Positions 18,635 through 27,944 of a DNA stretch of 64,000 bases are shown here, piece by piece. Origin of the DNA: an uncultured Candidatus Peribacteria bacterium (GTDB lineage: Bacteria > Patescibacteriota > Gracilibacteria > Peribacterales > Peribacteraceae); contig CAZOJC010000002.1 in the NCBI GenBank assembly GCA_964580035.1, positions 8,205 to 72,204 of the forward strand, written 5' to 3'. The notes beneath the pieces are model-generated. The model was given only the letters and a program-made list of their open reading frames with translations. It did no database searches and was not told where the DNA came from. Position 1 is the stretch's first letter, and each line of letters begins with the position of its first letter. A program made the translations under genes and the position numbers.

Positions 18635-20446
18635 CTAATTCTGAATTGGGTTTACTAATTGTTCTGGTGTGAAGCTTCCACTCTCCAAGGATATATTGAG
18701 GCTGTCATAAATGCTTTTTAAACCTTCAAGAGCATCTGTGATGTTTTTTGGGTCGCAGAGTTTGGAATAGAACAAGATTTTATCAACAATGTCACTCGCA
18801 TACTCTTGTGTGTTAAACGATAACAACGCTAACGAGGTTAAATTGAGCATGCGGTTAGGATTGAGGGTTGCAGCATTGTGTACAAGATCATTCCTGGTTC
18901 TATAGAGCCTTCTCAAATGATGTTCAATATTCTGTTCATGTTTTACTAAAAACTTTTTAACCGTCTTTCCGTCAGCCAAATGTGTGGCAAGATACTCAGC
19001 TTTATGACTTTCGTATGGGAAATTTACGAGCGCCTTTTGTAAATCAGCTAGCTCTTTTTTGTCAGTTAGCGTTTTCAGTAACTTAGCCTTATCCAGCATA
19101 GAATCATTCTTGCGAATAAATTTAAGATACGTGGCGCGTGTAATGCCATTTGTCTTTCTTAATTCTTCTAAATCACGTCCAAAATCAGATAGCAATTTTG
19201 GTATATAGAACAGGCTTGAGATTGCTGGAATGTACTCACATATCAATGGGAATGCCTTGATCCTTTTACCGTCTTTATCAGAGCGCTTAACGCAGTTAAA
19301 AAGTACCTCCAGCGCAATCCAAGAATTTAAGTAACTGTTGATAATGTTTTTCTCATTAAACGAATATGAAAGATGCGACATGACGCTGCGAATTTTGTGT
19401 GCAATTTCTGCGTCACGAGTATGAAAGTTGATATGAATATATACACCTAAATTGCGCAAAAACTTCTTAAACCTTTGAGAATAACCAAAGTAAACGATAT
19501 CCTCATAATCAACTAGTGACCATTCATGTGATCCGGGGTCATAAACCAGTCCAAAGTTATAAAAATCTATTTCACGATCAGGAAAATTGAAATGGATGTA
19601 ATTTGAAATCATTTCTATCCCATTTTGCATTGCGAAGAGAGCGCTGAAGCGATCATGAGCTTTAAGTTTATCCTCATAAAAAATCAGGCTGTTTTGCTTT
19701 GAAATACTTTCAAAGCTCGCAAATTTATTTGTTCCAATGTTGGTACTTTTAGGAAGCTCTTTAAGGATTTTAATACGGTTGGATTTGATCTCACCTTTTA
19801 CAAAGCTATCAATAACGCGATGGTCAACGTTCGTCAGAAGTAAAATACATTTGAATGTGTAGCGTTTCTGCATTTTTGTCAGCCATTTCTTGATCTGGTT
19901 TTTACCAATGTCATTCTTTAATGCTTTTACTTCTTTTCTCAGGTAGGCAAATGAGACACCGGTATTTATCAATTCACTAATTAAACTATAAGCAAATGAA
20001 CGAATTTCTGACTTCTTTGAGTATGTGAAATTTGATGTTTTCCTCAGATCGCAAAGCTCAGTGATGCTACTGACTAAGCCTGACAAATACTGCTTATTAA
20101 AAAAAGAAAGCTCTACTTCAATATAGTTTTTCAGATACGTGACCTTATCTTTATGCCCTTTGCATTTGTTTAGCTGTTTGATGATTGTTTCTCTTCTTGT
20201 GCCATATAGTTTCGTTAAGAGAGCATCGGCTTCTAGGACATGCTTTGCTTCCTCAATTAGAGGGTCAAGATACCAAAATAGAAATTCATTCGTTTCTATT
20301 TCTTCGCACAGAAATCTAATTTCTTTAAGAATGATATGAGCATTTGTATGTCTTGGTCGCATGCTATCAATTGCCTTGCGATGTAAAGCAGCTTTAAGCG
20401 TTTTAACTAACATTACGTTTGCCTTATTTTTCTCTCTGACTACCAT
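18635..20446 (-). CDS. large AT-rich hypothetical protein (603 aa) with two Rx4-6H HEPN-like motifs; possible abortive-infection/defence RNase
   Basis: Uninterrupted 1.8-kb ORF. HHLRRLYRTRNDLVHNAATL (RNDLVH encoded at 18878..18895) resembles HEPN motifs of the LY.(L/T)R..(I/L)VH type. A second RDAEIAH is encoded at 19397..19417. The function is inferred from these motifs only. Confidence 0.55.
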   Translation of the reverse strand: MVVREKNKANVMLVKTLKAALHRKAIDSMRPRHTNAHIILKEIRFLCEEIETNEFLFWYLDPLIEEAKHVLEADALLTKLYGTRRETIIKQLNKCKGHKDKVTYLKNYIEVELSFFNKQYLSGLVSSITELCDLRKTSNFTYSKKSEIRSFAYSLISELINTGVSFAYLRKEVKALKNDIGKNQIKKWLTKMQKRYTFKCILLLTNVDHRVIDSFVKGEIKSNRIKILKELPKSTNIGTNKFASFESISKQNSLIFYEDKLKAHDRFSALFAMQNGIEMISNYIHFNFPDREIDFYNFGLVYDPGSHEWSLVDYEDIVYFGYSQRFKKFLRNLGVYIHINFHTRDAEIAHKIRSVMSHLSYSFNEKNIINSYLNSWIALEVLFNCVKRSDKDGKRIKAFPLICEYIPAISSLFYIPKLLSDFGRDLEELRKTNGITRATYLKFIRKNDSMLDKAKLLKTLTDKKELADLQKALVNFPYESHKAEYLATHLADGKTVKKFLVKHEQNIEHHLRRLYRTRNDLVHNAATLNPNRMLNLTSLALLSFNTQEYASDIVDKILFYSKLCDPKNITDALEGLKSIYDSLNISLESGSFTPEQLVNPIQN

Positions 20447-20547
20447 ATAGGTGATTAAGGGGGGTGAAGCCTAAACAATACAATGTTTAGGGGACACCCC
20501 TCTAATCTACTTATATTCAGTCCAAATTAGTAGTAAAGTTCCAACTA

Positions 20548-20793
20548 GTGAGAAAGTGTCTAATCCCTCTACTGGCTGTTTTGATGCTTACCGCTTGCAG
20601 TGGAGGCTCTTCTTACAACAGTGACAGTCCAGTAGGGCAGGATGAATCTGATAGGCAAATAGGTAACCCGTATTCAGAAGGAACGGGTCACTATGCTGGA
20701 TATGAATGGGCAGAGCGCACTGGCGGTGACTGCAATGGCAATTCCGCGTCCTTTAACGAGGGTTGTGAAGAATACTACAGTCAAACAAGGTAA
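20548..20793 (+). CDS. small lipoprotein (81 aa)
   Basis: GTG start. Signal peptide with the lipobox LMLTAC|SGG. The mature part is Cys-containing. Confidence 0.6.
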   Translation: MRKCLIPLLAVLMLTACSGGSSYNSDSPVGQDESDRQIGNPYSEGTGHYAGYEWAERTGGDCNGNSASFNEGCEEYYSQTR

Positions 20794-21212
20794 TGAGATT
20801 TCAGCCTTCAATTTTGGCATTTCTCTTAGTATTAACTGCTTGTTCTTCACAAACAGTGACAAGCTCAGACTTGTTTCAAAAGAAGCTAGATTGCTCCAAT
20901 AAAATTGAAAGCATTAAGAGTGAACTTACAAAAATGAAGAAAGAAAATGGAAATAGCATTGTTGGTGACTATACGTTAGATGAGGTCTTCTACTCAGAAA
21001 GCCTCAACACATGCGCATACGGATACTTCTATAGAGAAGAATTATGTGGCTTGAATTATGGCTGCTCAAAGCCAGAAGACTATGAGTATCAAAATGTTTA
21101 TGTGATAAGGGATGTACTGGCTAGTAAAGACTTATACAACGAAAGGTACTCACAACCATCAAACAACGATATTGCTAAGTTCAGAGACAAGATTGCTGAG
21201 CTAAAGAAATAA
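20793..21212 (+). CDS. lipoprotein (139 aa)
   Basis: Signal peptide with the lipobox LVLTAC|SSQ. The start overlaps the preceding stop (TAATG). Confidence 0.6.
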   Translation: MRFQPSILAFLLVLTACSSQTVTSSDLFQKKLDCSNKIESIKSELTKMKKENGNSIVGDYTLDEVFYSESLNTCAYGYFYREELCGLNYGCSKPEDYEYQNVYVIRDVLASKDLYNERYSQPSNNDIAKFRDKIAELKK

Positions 21213-21898
21213 AACCAGTGATGTTCTACTCTCCGCATGTGAGTCTTTGATTACTCCTTTTCACAGTGCATAGGCTTTCTCTGCACGTTCCTCGGCTACT
21301 TTGAGTATCGTATTCCATTCAATTACCATGGTTTCTAGTTGATTCCATTCCTTCCGAACCAAGTCCACCACACTTCACACTTTGCTAGTATCTTGCTTCT
21401 TGCCGTAGGCACCTTCCGCTTCGCTGAATAATTGCGCAAAGCTAGCGGTATTCGGGTTGTTACCAGCGTCGAATTCTTGGCAGATGGGAGGCGGAACGAC
21501 GCATGCGCCATTGACGCAGCCAAACGCACATGCATGAACTCCGTAGGAGGAATGTCGTCTCTCGTTACTGTTCCTCTCGTGAAGATGTATTGCGATATGG
21601 AAATTTCAGCGTGGCTTCAGAAACAGGATGTGTCTCCTGCGTACGGAGATGGTATATCTCCGCGTAAGATGATGAAAATAGGGAGGAAAAGTACTAAAAT
21701 TGAGACAGACAGTGAGCTGCACAGTGGGCGAGGAAAGCGCTTGGACTTTGAGCAGTATTTGCAAGAAAGTAAAGCGTGCGAATAGCGGGTCGGAATCGTC
21801 ACTTTCGACTACGAAAAGTAAGCCCCCGTTATGATGGTCTGCCGAATCTTGGTGAGCATACTATTGACTATAATTTATTTTTATGTTTAAATATTAAA

Positions 21899-22372
21899 AT
21901 GTTAGATGAAGGTTTAAATGATCACACACTAGCGAATGATGTATGGAATATGCCAATCAATGATGATTTAATTCAAGCATGCATTAGGTATGTGGGGGAA
22001 GATAAGGAAAGGTTTCGAGAGGAGCTGCTCCGCTATTATATTGGTCCGGACGATGATAATGTGAGGGAAAGTCGCTTTAATGAACACCTGAACCTAGTGT
22101 TTGGAAGTATTCTTCAATGGCTTAATTCCCTGCTTACGGTTGATGGCAAGACAGACACCAATAGAACTTTTGGTGATTTGGTGCTAACAACAGGTAACGT
22201 CGACGTGGGTGGATTAAGGAAATTACTATATTTTGCCTTGGAGCAAAAAGTGAGTGAAATCGAAGATCAACATGATCGGGATAGGATTATTAATATGGCA
22301 GCAAATAGAATTAGACAAAAAATTCATGCCTTGATAGCCAGCACGGGCCAATCAAGTCTGATGTCTTTGTAG
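21899..22372 (+). CDS. hypothetical protein (157 aa), AT-rich
   Basis: The track ORF starts at 21776. ATG 21899 (MLDEGLNDHTLAND...) is preferred because the upstream part is Arg-rich and non-protein-like. No motif recognised. Confidence 0.4.
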   Translation: MLDEGLNDHTLANDVWNMPINDDLIQACIRYVGEDKERFREELLRYYIGPDDDNVRESRFNEHLNLVFGSILQWLNSLLTVDGKTDTNRTFGDLVLTTGNVDVGGLRKLLYFALEQKVSEIEDQHDRDRIINMAANRIRQKIHALIASTGQSSLMSL

Positions 22373-22444
22373 AAAATTTTTCTCTGCAGCTTCAGATACG
22401 AAACTTCCCTGTCGTAGTCAAAACACTTCAGGGAGTTTGCGTGA

Positions 22445-23578
22445 ATGTACCCTAGAGAAGGGGTGAGCATACTTACAATATCTTCTGGAGAATGTTACTC
22501 TGCAGTCGTGGAAACTCTCGCTGATTTTGCCGTACGCTTCAACCCCGTATTTCAGGAGCTACTTTCGAAAGAAATTGAAAAAATCACAGACTGCAGTACA
22601 GACGAAAACGTGCTCTACGCCTACCGTCATTTAGTGACGCTCGCCTCTGCCGGCGGCAAACGAATCAGGCCCTATGTGGCATCGTTGCTCTACCGAGCGT
22701 GCGGCAATGCATCGGATGAAGACATCATGCACTTTTTGATCGCCCTCGAAACGTTTCATCTCTTTGCCCTTGTTCATGACGATATTATGGATAGTGCCGA
22801 TGAGCGATACGGCCAGCCCACCGTTCACGCCGCACTGCGCACGCGCTTGGCACAAAGGGGTGCCATGGGCGACATTCGTTCAGCATCAATTGCTGAGGCA
22901 ATCTTGTGCGGAGATCTTTTGCTGACATTGGTCCATCAGTTTGCATTGAATCAGCAGGGCGGAATCGTACCAAGAGAACGTGTAGATGAGGCTCATCGAC
23001 TGCTCATTCTCATGAGCCGAGAGATGGTAATCGGACAACACTTGGATATTGAATTTCCCACACGGCTCGACGTTAGCGAACGCGACATTCTGAACCGTCA
23101 TCATCTGAAAACATCGCTCTACACATTTGTGCGGCCCATGCACATTGGCGCGGTACTTGGGGGTGCGAATGCGGCAGTGCGGCATTTTTGCATCGCGTTC
23201 GGCTCTGCGTTGGGGATGGGATTCCAATTAGAAGATGACTTGCTCGATTTGCTCAGCAATGAAACTGCGATGGGCAAAGCGCCGGGTGCAGACCTCACCC
23301 AACGCCAGCACACGCTCCTTACTGCTCAATTGAGACAACATGGCACGAAGCAACAGAGTGCCGTACTAGAAAGCGTGTGGGGGAAGGCTCTCTCTCCAGA
23401 ACAATTGAACACTGCTCGCGCACTATTTCATGATTCCGGTGCAACAGACGCCGTACGTTCACGAGCTGCGGAGGCATTTGGCGAAGCCCGTGGGCTGCTG
23501 CGTGGCGCGCCACTGCCTGTGGAAGCCGTGCAAGCATTGGAGCGACTTCTACAATTTTTTGAGCATCGTCTGCCATGA
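22445..23578 (+). CDS. crtE: polyprenyl diphosphate synthase (GGPP synthase-like)
   Basis: The first Asp-rich motif is LFALVHDDIMDSADERYGQPT and the second is GFQLEDDLLDL. Confidence 0.85.
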   Translation: MYPREGVSILTISSGECYSAVVETLADFAVRFNPVFQELLSKEIEKITDCSTDENVLYAYRHLVTLASAGGKRIRPYVASLLYRACGNASDEDIMHFLIALETFHLFALVHDDIMDSADERYGQPTVHAALRTRLAQRGAMGDIRSASIAEAILCGDLLLTLVHQFALNQQGGIVPRERVDEAHRLLILMSREMVIGQHLDIEFPTRLDVSERDILNRHHLKTSLYTFVRPMHIGAVLGGANAAVRHFCIAFGSALGMGFQLEDDLLDLLSNETAMGKAPGADLTQRQHTLLTAQLRQHGTKQQSAVLESVWGKALSPEQLNTARALFHDSGATDAVRSRAAEAFGEARGLLRGAPLPVEAVQALERLLQFFEHRLP

Positions 23579-24450
23579 GCATCGCTCCCTATCCTTTTAG
23601 AGCCGATGACGTGGCGATATGCGCTGCAATTCAGAAAAAACATGCCACGTCATACGCTATGGCCACCCGCCTGTTCCCCCCCAAAGAGCGAGCTGCCGTG
23701 CAGGTTCTATATGCGTTTGTGCGCACCGCCGACGACTTGGTCGATGAGCCGCTTGATCCCGATCCTCAGGCCATGCACGCTGCCTTGGATGCATGGATTT
23801 CGCAATGGGAAGATGCGTACGCTGCTGGCACAAGCGAGGATCCCGTACTTCGCGCGTCGGCCACGCTCTTCCATGAATTTGGCATTCCTCTCTCGTATGC
23901 CGATGCGTTTCTTGGGGCAATGCGCCTCGATCTCACCAAGCATCGCTACGGATCCTACGCACAACTCTTACATGACTACGTCTACGGCTCTGCTGCAATT
24001 ATCGGCTTGAGCTTGTGTCGCATATGCGGCATTCAGGACCCTGCCACACTACGACAAGCTCAATCGCTGGGGGAAGCCATGCAGCTGACAAACTTTTTGA
24101 GAGACATGCGAGAAGATTACCTCGATCGCGGCCGCATCTACCTTGCAGAAGAAGACATGGTTTCGTGCGGTGTCTCTGAAGCCGATATTGCTGAAGGGAA
24201 CGTCACACCCGGTGTTATCAGGCTCCTTACGCTCTACATCGCACGAGCTCGAGCACTGTATGAAGAGGCAGATCTTGGCATTCAGGCGCTGCCTCCGTTC
24301 GCACGAAAACCTGTGCGACTGAGCCGCATACTGTACTCACGCATTTTGGATAAGATTGAAGCGAATCACTACGACGTCTTCCGGCGCAGAGCGCGAACGA
24401 ACGATGGGATGAAAGCACTCCTCTTCCTCAAAACCTTGCTTTTTTCATGA
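23575..24450 (+). CDS. crtB: phytoene/squalene synthase family protein (phytoene synthase)
   Basis: YAFVRTADDLVDE and NFLRDMREDYLDRGRIYL are the two Asp-rich SQS/PSY motifs. ATGA overlap with crtE. Confidence 0.85.
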   Translation: MSIAPYPFRADDVAICAAIQKKHATSYAMATRLFPPKERAAVQVLYAFVRTADDLVDEPLDPDPQAMHAALDAWISQWEDAYAAGTSEDPVLRASATLFHEFGIPLSYADAFLGAMRLDLTKHRYGSYAQLLHDYVYGSAAIIGLSLCRICGIQDPATLRQAQSLGEAMQLTNFLRDMREDYLDRGRIYLAEEDMVSCGVSEADIAEGNVTPGVIRLLTLYIARARALYEEADLGIQALPPFARKPVRLSRILYSRILDKIEANHYDVFRRRARTNDGMKALLFLKTLLFS

Positions 24451-25958
24451 GCAAGCATGTCGTCATTATTGGCTCTGGAATTGGCGGAATGGGGGCTGCC
24501 TGCCTTTTAGCGCACGCGGGTTTCCGCGTCACCGTGCTCGAAAAAAACGAGCAGATCGGAGGACGTATGAGCATTCTGACGCAAGACGGTTTTACGTTTG
24601 ATATGGGTCCGTCTTGGTACTTGATGCCCGATGTCTTTGAGCATTTCTTTGCCTTGCTTGGCGAACGAGTGGAGGATCATTTGCAGCTCACCAAACTGGG
24701 GCCGTCGTATCGCATATTTTTTCCAGATCGCGTGTCTCCCATCGACATCTACTCAGACCTTGCAAAGGACTTACCCACATTTGAGTCGCTCGAACCCGGT
24801 TGCACACCTCGGATTCAAGCATACTTGGATGAAGCGGCGCGAAAGTATGAGATTTCCATGCAGCATTTTCTGTATCGAAACATAGATAGCCTGCGCGATT
24901 TTTTCATTCCTGAATTAGCAAAACAAGGAAAAGGGTTGAGCATGATCACGTCAATGGACAGGTACACCAAAGGGCTGTTTTCAAGCAATGAATTGCGTCA
25001 AATTCTGCAGTACACGCTGGTGTTTTTGGGAAACTCGCCCAAGAACTGTCCGTCGCTGTACAGCATCATGACGCACATCGACGTATCGCAAGGCGTGTAC
25101 TACCCCCAAGGAGGATTGCACACCATCGTACACGCCATGCACACACTGGCGCTCGCCCGTGGTGTCATAACGCGCACGCACGCCGAAGTCGCCAAAATTT
25201 CCGTCCATGAAGGAGCGGTCGACGGCGTTCTTCTGAAGAGTGGCGAACGTATCAACGCAGACGTGGTGATTAGCAACGCAGACCGACACTGGACCGATAC
25301 GCAACTGCTTGATCCTGGCCTCGGCACAACCACTGAGCGCTACTGGAAAAACGCTGTCCTTGCACCCTCAGCACAGATACTCTACGTAGGCGTAGAAGGA
25401 AGGTGCGACAGCCTCGCGCACCATAACTTTATTTTCGCTCGCAATTGGGAGGAGCATTTTTCGACAATCTTTGATGCCCCGCGCTGGCCGGATGACCCCA
25501 GTCTCTACGTCTGCGCGCCCAGTCGTACTGATCCCAGCGTTGCGCCTGACGGCTGTGAGAATCTATTCATCCTCGTTCCCATAGCGCCTGGATTCGATCG
25601 GCCGATCAGCGAACAACAAGAGTTTGAGGATCGCATGCTCGAGAAAATAGCAACGCAGATGCACGTGCCTGATTTCGTGAAACGCATTGTTGTTCGGCAG
25701 CGATTCTCTGTGAAAGATTTCCGCTCTCGATACTTCAGCGTGCGCGGCACGGCATTGGGGCTTGCTCACACGCTACGGCAAACATCGTTACTACGACCGA
25801 ATAACTGGAACAGGCGAGTGCAGAACTTGTACTACGTGGGAGGAAATACTGTACCGGGTATCGGCATGCCGATTTGCTTAATAGGTGCGGAACTGGTGTT
25901 CAAACGTATTCTGGGTAACCGCTCGGGCGGACCGCTTCCCACTCCGCTCCACATCTGA
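24447..25958 (+). CDS. crtI: phytoene desaturase (CrtI family FAD oxidoreductase)
   Basis: The N-terminal dinucleotide fold is VVIIGSGIGGMGAACLLAHAGFRVTVLEKNEQIGGR. The C-terminal YYVGGNTVPGIGMP matches the CrtI signature. ATGA overlap with crtB. Confidence 0.85.
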   Translation: MSKHVVIIGSGIGGMGAACLLAHAGFRVTVLEKNEQIGGRMSILTQDGFTFDMGPSWYLMPDVFEHFFALLGERVEDHLQLTKLGPSYRIFFPDRVSPIDIYSDLAKDLPTFESLEPGCTPRIQAYLDEAARKYEISMQHFLYRNIDSLRDFFIPELAKQGKGLSMITSMDRYTKGLFSSNELRQILQYTLVFLGNSPKNCPSLYSIMTHIDVSQGVYYPQGGLHTIVHAMHTLALARGVITRTHAEVAKISVHEGAVDGVLLKSGERINADVVISNADRHWTDTQLLDPGLGTTTERYWKNAVLAPSAQILYVGVEGRCDSLAHHNFIFARNWEEHFSTIFDAPRWPDDPSLYVCAPSRTDPSVAPDGCENLFILVPIAPGFDRPISEQQEFEDRMLEKIATQMHVPDFVKRIVVRQRFSVKDFRSRYFSVRGTALGLAHTLRQTSLLRPNNWNRRVQNLYYVGGNTVPGIGMPICLIGAELVFKRILGNRSGGPLPTPLHI

Positions 25959-26782
25959 TGCGCACGCTCATTAATGTCTCTCGGCCGCGTTTCTGGCTCT
26001 ATCTCTTCGGGCCGGCACTGATAGGCCTTGCAGTGAGCGAGCAGCCACTGATGTATGGTTCGAACGCTCGCATTCTCGCCTTACTCCTTCTGTGGACTCT
26101 GCCTGCAAACTTCTTCCTCTACGGAATAAACGATCTGATGGACAGTGATACAGATTCTTTGAATGAAAAGAAAGATACCTATGAGCGCAGACTTGCAACG
26201 TCGCACCGCTCGTATGTACGAATAGGTGTCGGCCTCTCGGTACTCTTCATGCTGAGTGGCTTTCTGCTTACCCAGGATGTCACTGCTAGGCTCTCTCTTG
26301 CGATATTTATTATGTTGGGATTCGCCTACAGCGCTTCGCCTGTACGCTTGAAGGCTCGTCCACTTCTGGACTCTGCCTCAAACGTTCTCTACGTGATGCC
26401 AGCCATTATGATAGCCGCCGCTTGCGGCCAAATAATACCTTCCTCTGCCGTAGTGGGAGGGTGGGCATGGTCGTCTGCAATGCACCTTTTTTCTGCCATC
26501 CCAGACATCTCGGCAGACTCACAAGCGAAGCTGCGCACGACTGCAGTGGTGCTTGGCGCACCAAAATCGCTCATGCTTTGCGCATTGCTTTGGAGCGTGA
26601 GCGCCGGAGTCGCTCTCTGGTTTTTTTCGTTCTCGATCGTATCGATGATCGCTGTTGGCTATGCCGCGCTGCCACTATTCTTGCTTCGATCCGACAGAGA
26701 GTCGCTCTTTTCCGTTTATCGACGCATGCCGATTGTGAATGCAATCGCAGGTTTCGCGCTCTTCCTGTCACTACTGCCCTAA
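25958..26782 (+). CDS. UbiA-family prenyltransferase, lycopene-elongase-like by context
   Basis: Polytopic membrane protein with the UbiA motif GINDLMDSDTD. TGATG overlap with crtI. The specific function is inferred from operon context. Confidence 0.65.
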   Translation: MRTLINVSRPRFWLYLFGPALIGLAVSEQPLMYGSNARILALLLLWTLPANFFLYGINDLMDSDTDSLNEKKDTYERRLATSHRSYVRIGVGLSVLFMLSGFLLTQDVTARLSLAIFIMLGFAYSASPVRLKARPLLDSASNVLYVMPAIMIAAACGQIIPSSAVVGGWAWSSAMHLFSAIPDISADSQAKLRTTAVVLGAPKSLMLCALLWSVSAGVALWFFSFSIVSMIAVGYAALPLFLLRSDRESLFSVYRRMPIVNAIAGFALFLSLLP

Positions 26783-27495
26783 TGGATACTCCGCACCGCA
26801 TCAGCGTCGTCATACCCACATTGCAGGAAGAATCGCTGCTCCCTCTGCTCCTTGAAGATTTGCGCGTGCAAACACTGCCGCCCCATGAGATTTTGGTGGT
26901 TGACGGAGGATCGACAGATCGCACTCGCGTACTGGCCGCTCCCTTTGCAGTCGTCATTGAGGGTGAGAGAGGAACAGGGCGCCAGCGCGCGCTTGGCGTG
27001 GAGCGAGCGAGCGGCGATCTCATCATCTGTCTCGATGCGGACGTACGCCTCGACTCATGTGCAGTGGAACGCATGACAGACGAATTCCGACGAAAGCGCT
27101 GCACGGTTGCATGTCCTTTGTATTGGCCTATGAAAAGCACAGCCTTCGTGCGCTTCACATTCCTCTTTTTTAATGGACTCTTTTTGCTATTCCAACGTCT
27201 CGCCCCTTCTGGCGCTGGTTGCTGCATTGTCATTACTCGCAAGCAGGCTCTCATGGCCGGCAACTTTCGATCTGACACTCCCTACGATGACATCGCACTC
27301 ATTCGAAAGGCAGGCCGGATGGGGAAATTTCGCATGCTTCCCGTCTGGGTTGGCGTCTCCGATCGCCGCTTTCGCAAAGAAGGTGCGCTCTGGGTCTTTC
27401 TGCGTTGGCTCGCGCTGTCCCCTTTTTTCGTGCTAGGCATATTCCGCATTCAGAACATCATTCCCTATACATTTGCTCACTACCAAGAACAGTGA
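26782..27495 (+). CDS. glycosyltransferase family 2 (candidate carotenoid glycosyltransferase)
   Basis: ISVVIPTLQEESLLPLLLEDL ... ILVVDGGSTDRT ... ICLDADV (DxD). The start is placed at ATG 26782 (TAATG overlap with the UbiA gene), not the track start at 26422, which lies inside the UbiA gene. Confidence 0.75.
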   Translation: MDTPHRISVVIPTLQEESLLPLLLEDLRVQTLPPHEILVVDGGSTDRTRVLAAPFAVVIEGERGTGRQRALGVERASGDLIICLDADVRLDSCAVERMTDEFRRKRCTVACPLYWPMKSTAFVRFTFLFFNGLFLLFQRLAPSGAGCCIVITRKQALMAGNFRSDTPYDDIALIRKAGRMGKFRMLPVWVGVSDRRFRKEGALWVFLRWLALSPFFVLGIFRIQNIIPYTFAHYQEQ

Positions 27496-27512
27496 ACATC
27501 GCGGTCGGGCAT

Positions 27513-27944
27513 CTATGCATTTAAGTACGTGATAGTGAGTTGTAAAATAGATGCAAACGCCACCCACAAGAGATAGGGAATATTGGCGACTATAATCCAA
27601 GTATAGGTTGGTACTCCCGTCTCAATATGACGTGTGAGACCGTACGAGTACAGAGCAAAGAGCGCCCAGATGAGAGTGCCAAGAACGAGCAGAATGTCTA
27701 TGGAAGCTAAGAGATTATTTTTGAGACCGAATTGGATGGGAGAAAACGCAACGTTGAAGATGAGATTGAGAGCAAACGGCACAGCCACAAACCAAGGAAT
27801 TTCCCTTGTGAACACCTTGTAAAAAACCGCTGCGAACGATACGACAATGATCGCGTACAAGACGGTCCACACAGGTCCAAAAATCCAGCTCGGCGGAGCC
27901 CATGAGGGTTTGAGGAGCTGTTGATACCAGAGGGCGGTTTGCAT
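27513..27944 (-). CDS. tspO: tryptophan-rich sensory protein TspO/MBR (CrtK-type)
   Basis: WYQQLLKPSWAPPSWIFGPVWTVLYAIIVVSF plus a C-terminal Trp-rich helix. ATG 27944 is preferred, and the track start at 27962 is possible. Confidence 0.85.
   Translation of the reverse strand: MQTALWYQQLLKPSWAPPSWIFGPVWTVLYAIIVVSFAAVFYKVFTREIPWFVAVPFALNLIFNVAFSPIQFGLKNNLLASIDILLVLGTLIWALFALYSYGLTRHIETGVPTYTWIIVANIPYLLWVAFASILQLTITYLNA

Larger units (their letters stand above)
16027..22400. mobile_element. integrated element or remnant genomic island abutting the tmRNA 3' end; right boundary uncertain (about 21.2-22.4 kb)
   Basis: Sequence becomes visibly AT-richer directly after the tmRNA CCA. Gene content switches to a serine recombinase, an Xis-type HTH protein, DUF4236, an orphan large protein and lipoproteins. 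GC-richer, tightly coupled operon structure resumes at 22445. Confidence 0.55.

Noticed and set aside
21364-21370. TCCACCA as the attR copy of the tmRNA 3' end
   Set aside because: Only 7 nt match, which is well within chance, and the flanking sequence does not resemble the tmRNA T-arm. AT-rich island-like sequence also continues beyond it.
21335-21785. Track ORFs 21335..21535 (minus strand) and 21432..21785 (plus strand) as genes
   Set aside because: They overlap each other. Their amino-acid composition is non-protein-like and they contain no motifs.
26422-26781. Upstream 120 codons of the track ORF 26422..27495
   Set aside because: They lie in an alternative frame entirely inside the UbiA prenyltransferase gene. 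The GT2 homology (ISVVIPT...) begins at ATG 26782, which overlaps the UbiA stop.
26571-27278. 235-aa minus-strand ORF opposite the GT2 gene
   Set aside because: It is an Arg/Ser-rich antisense shadow of a well-supported gene.
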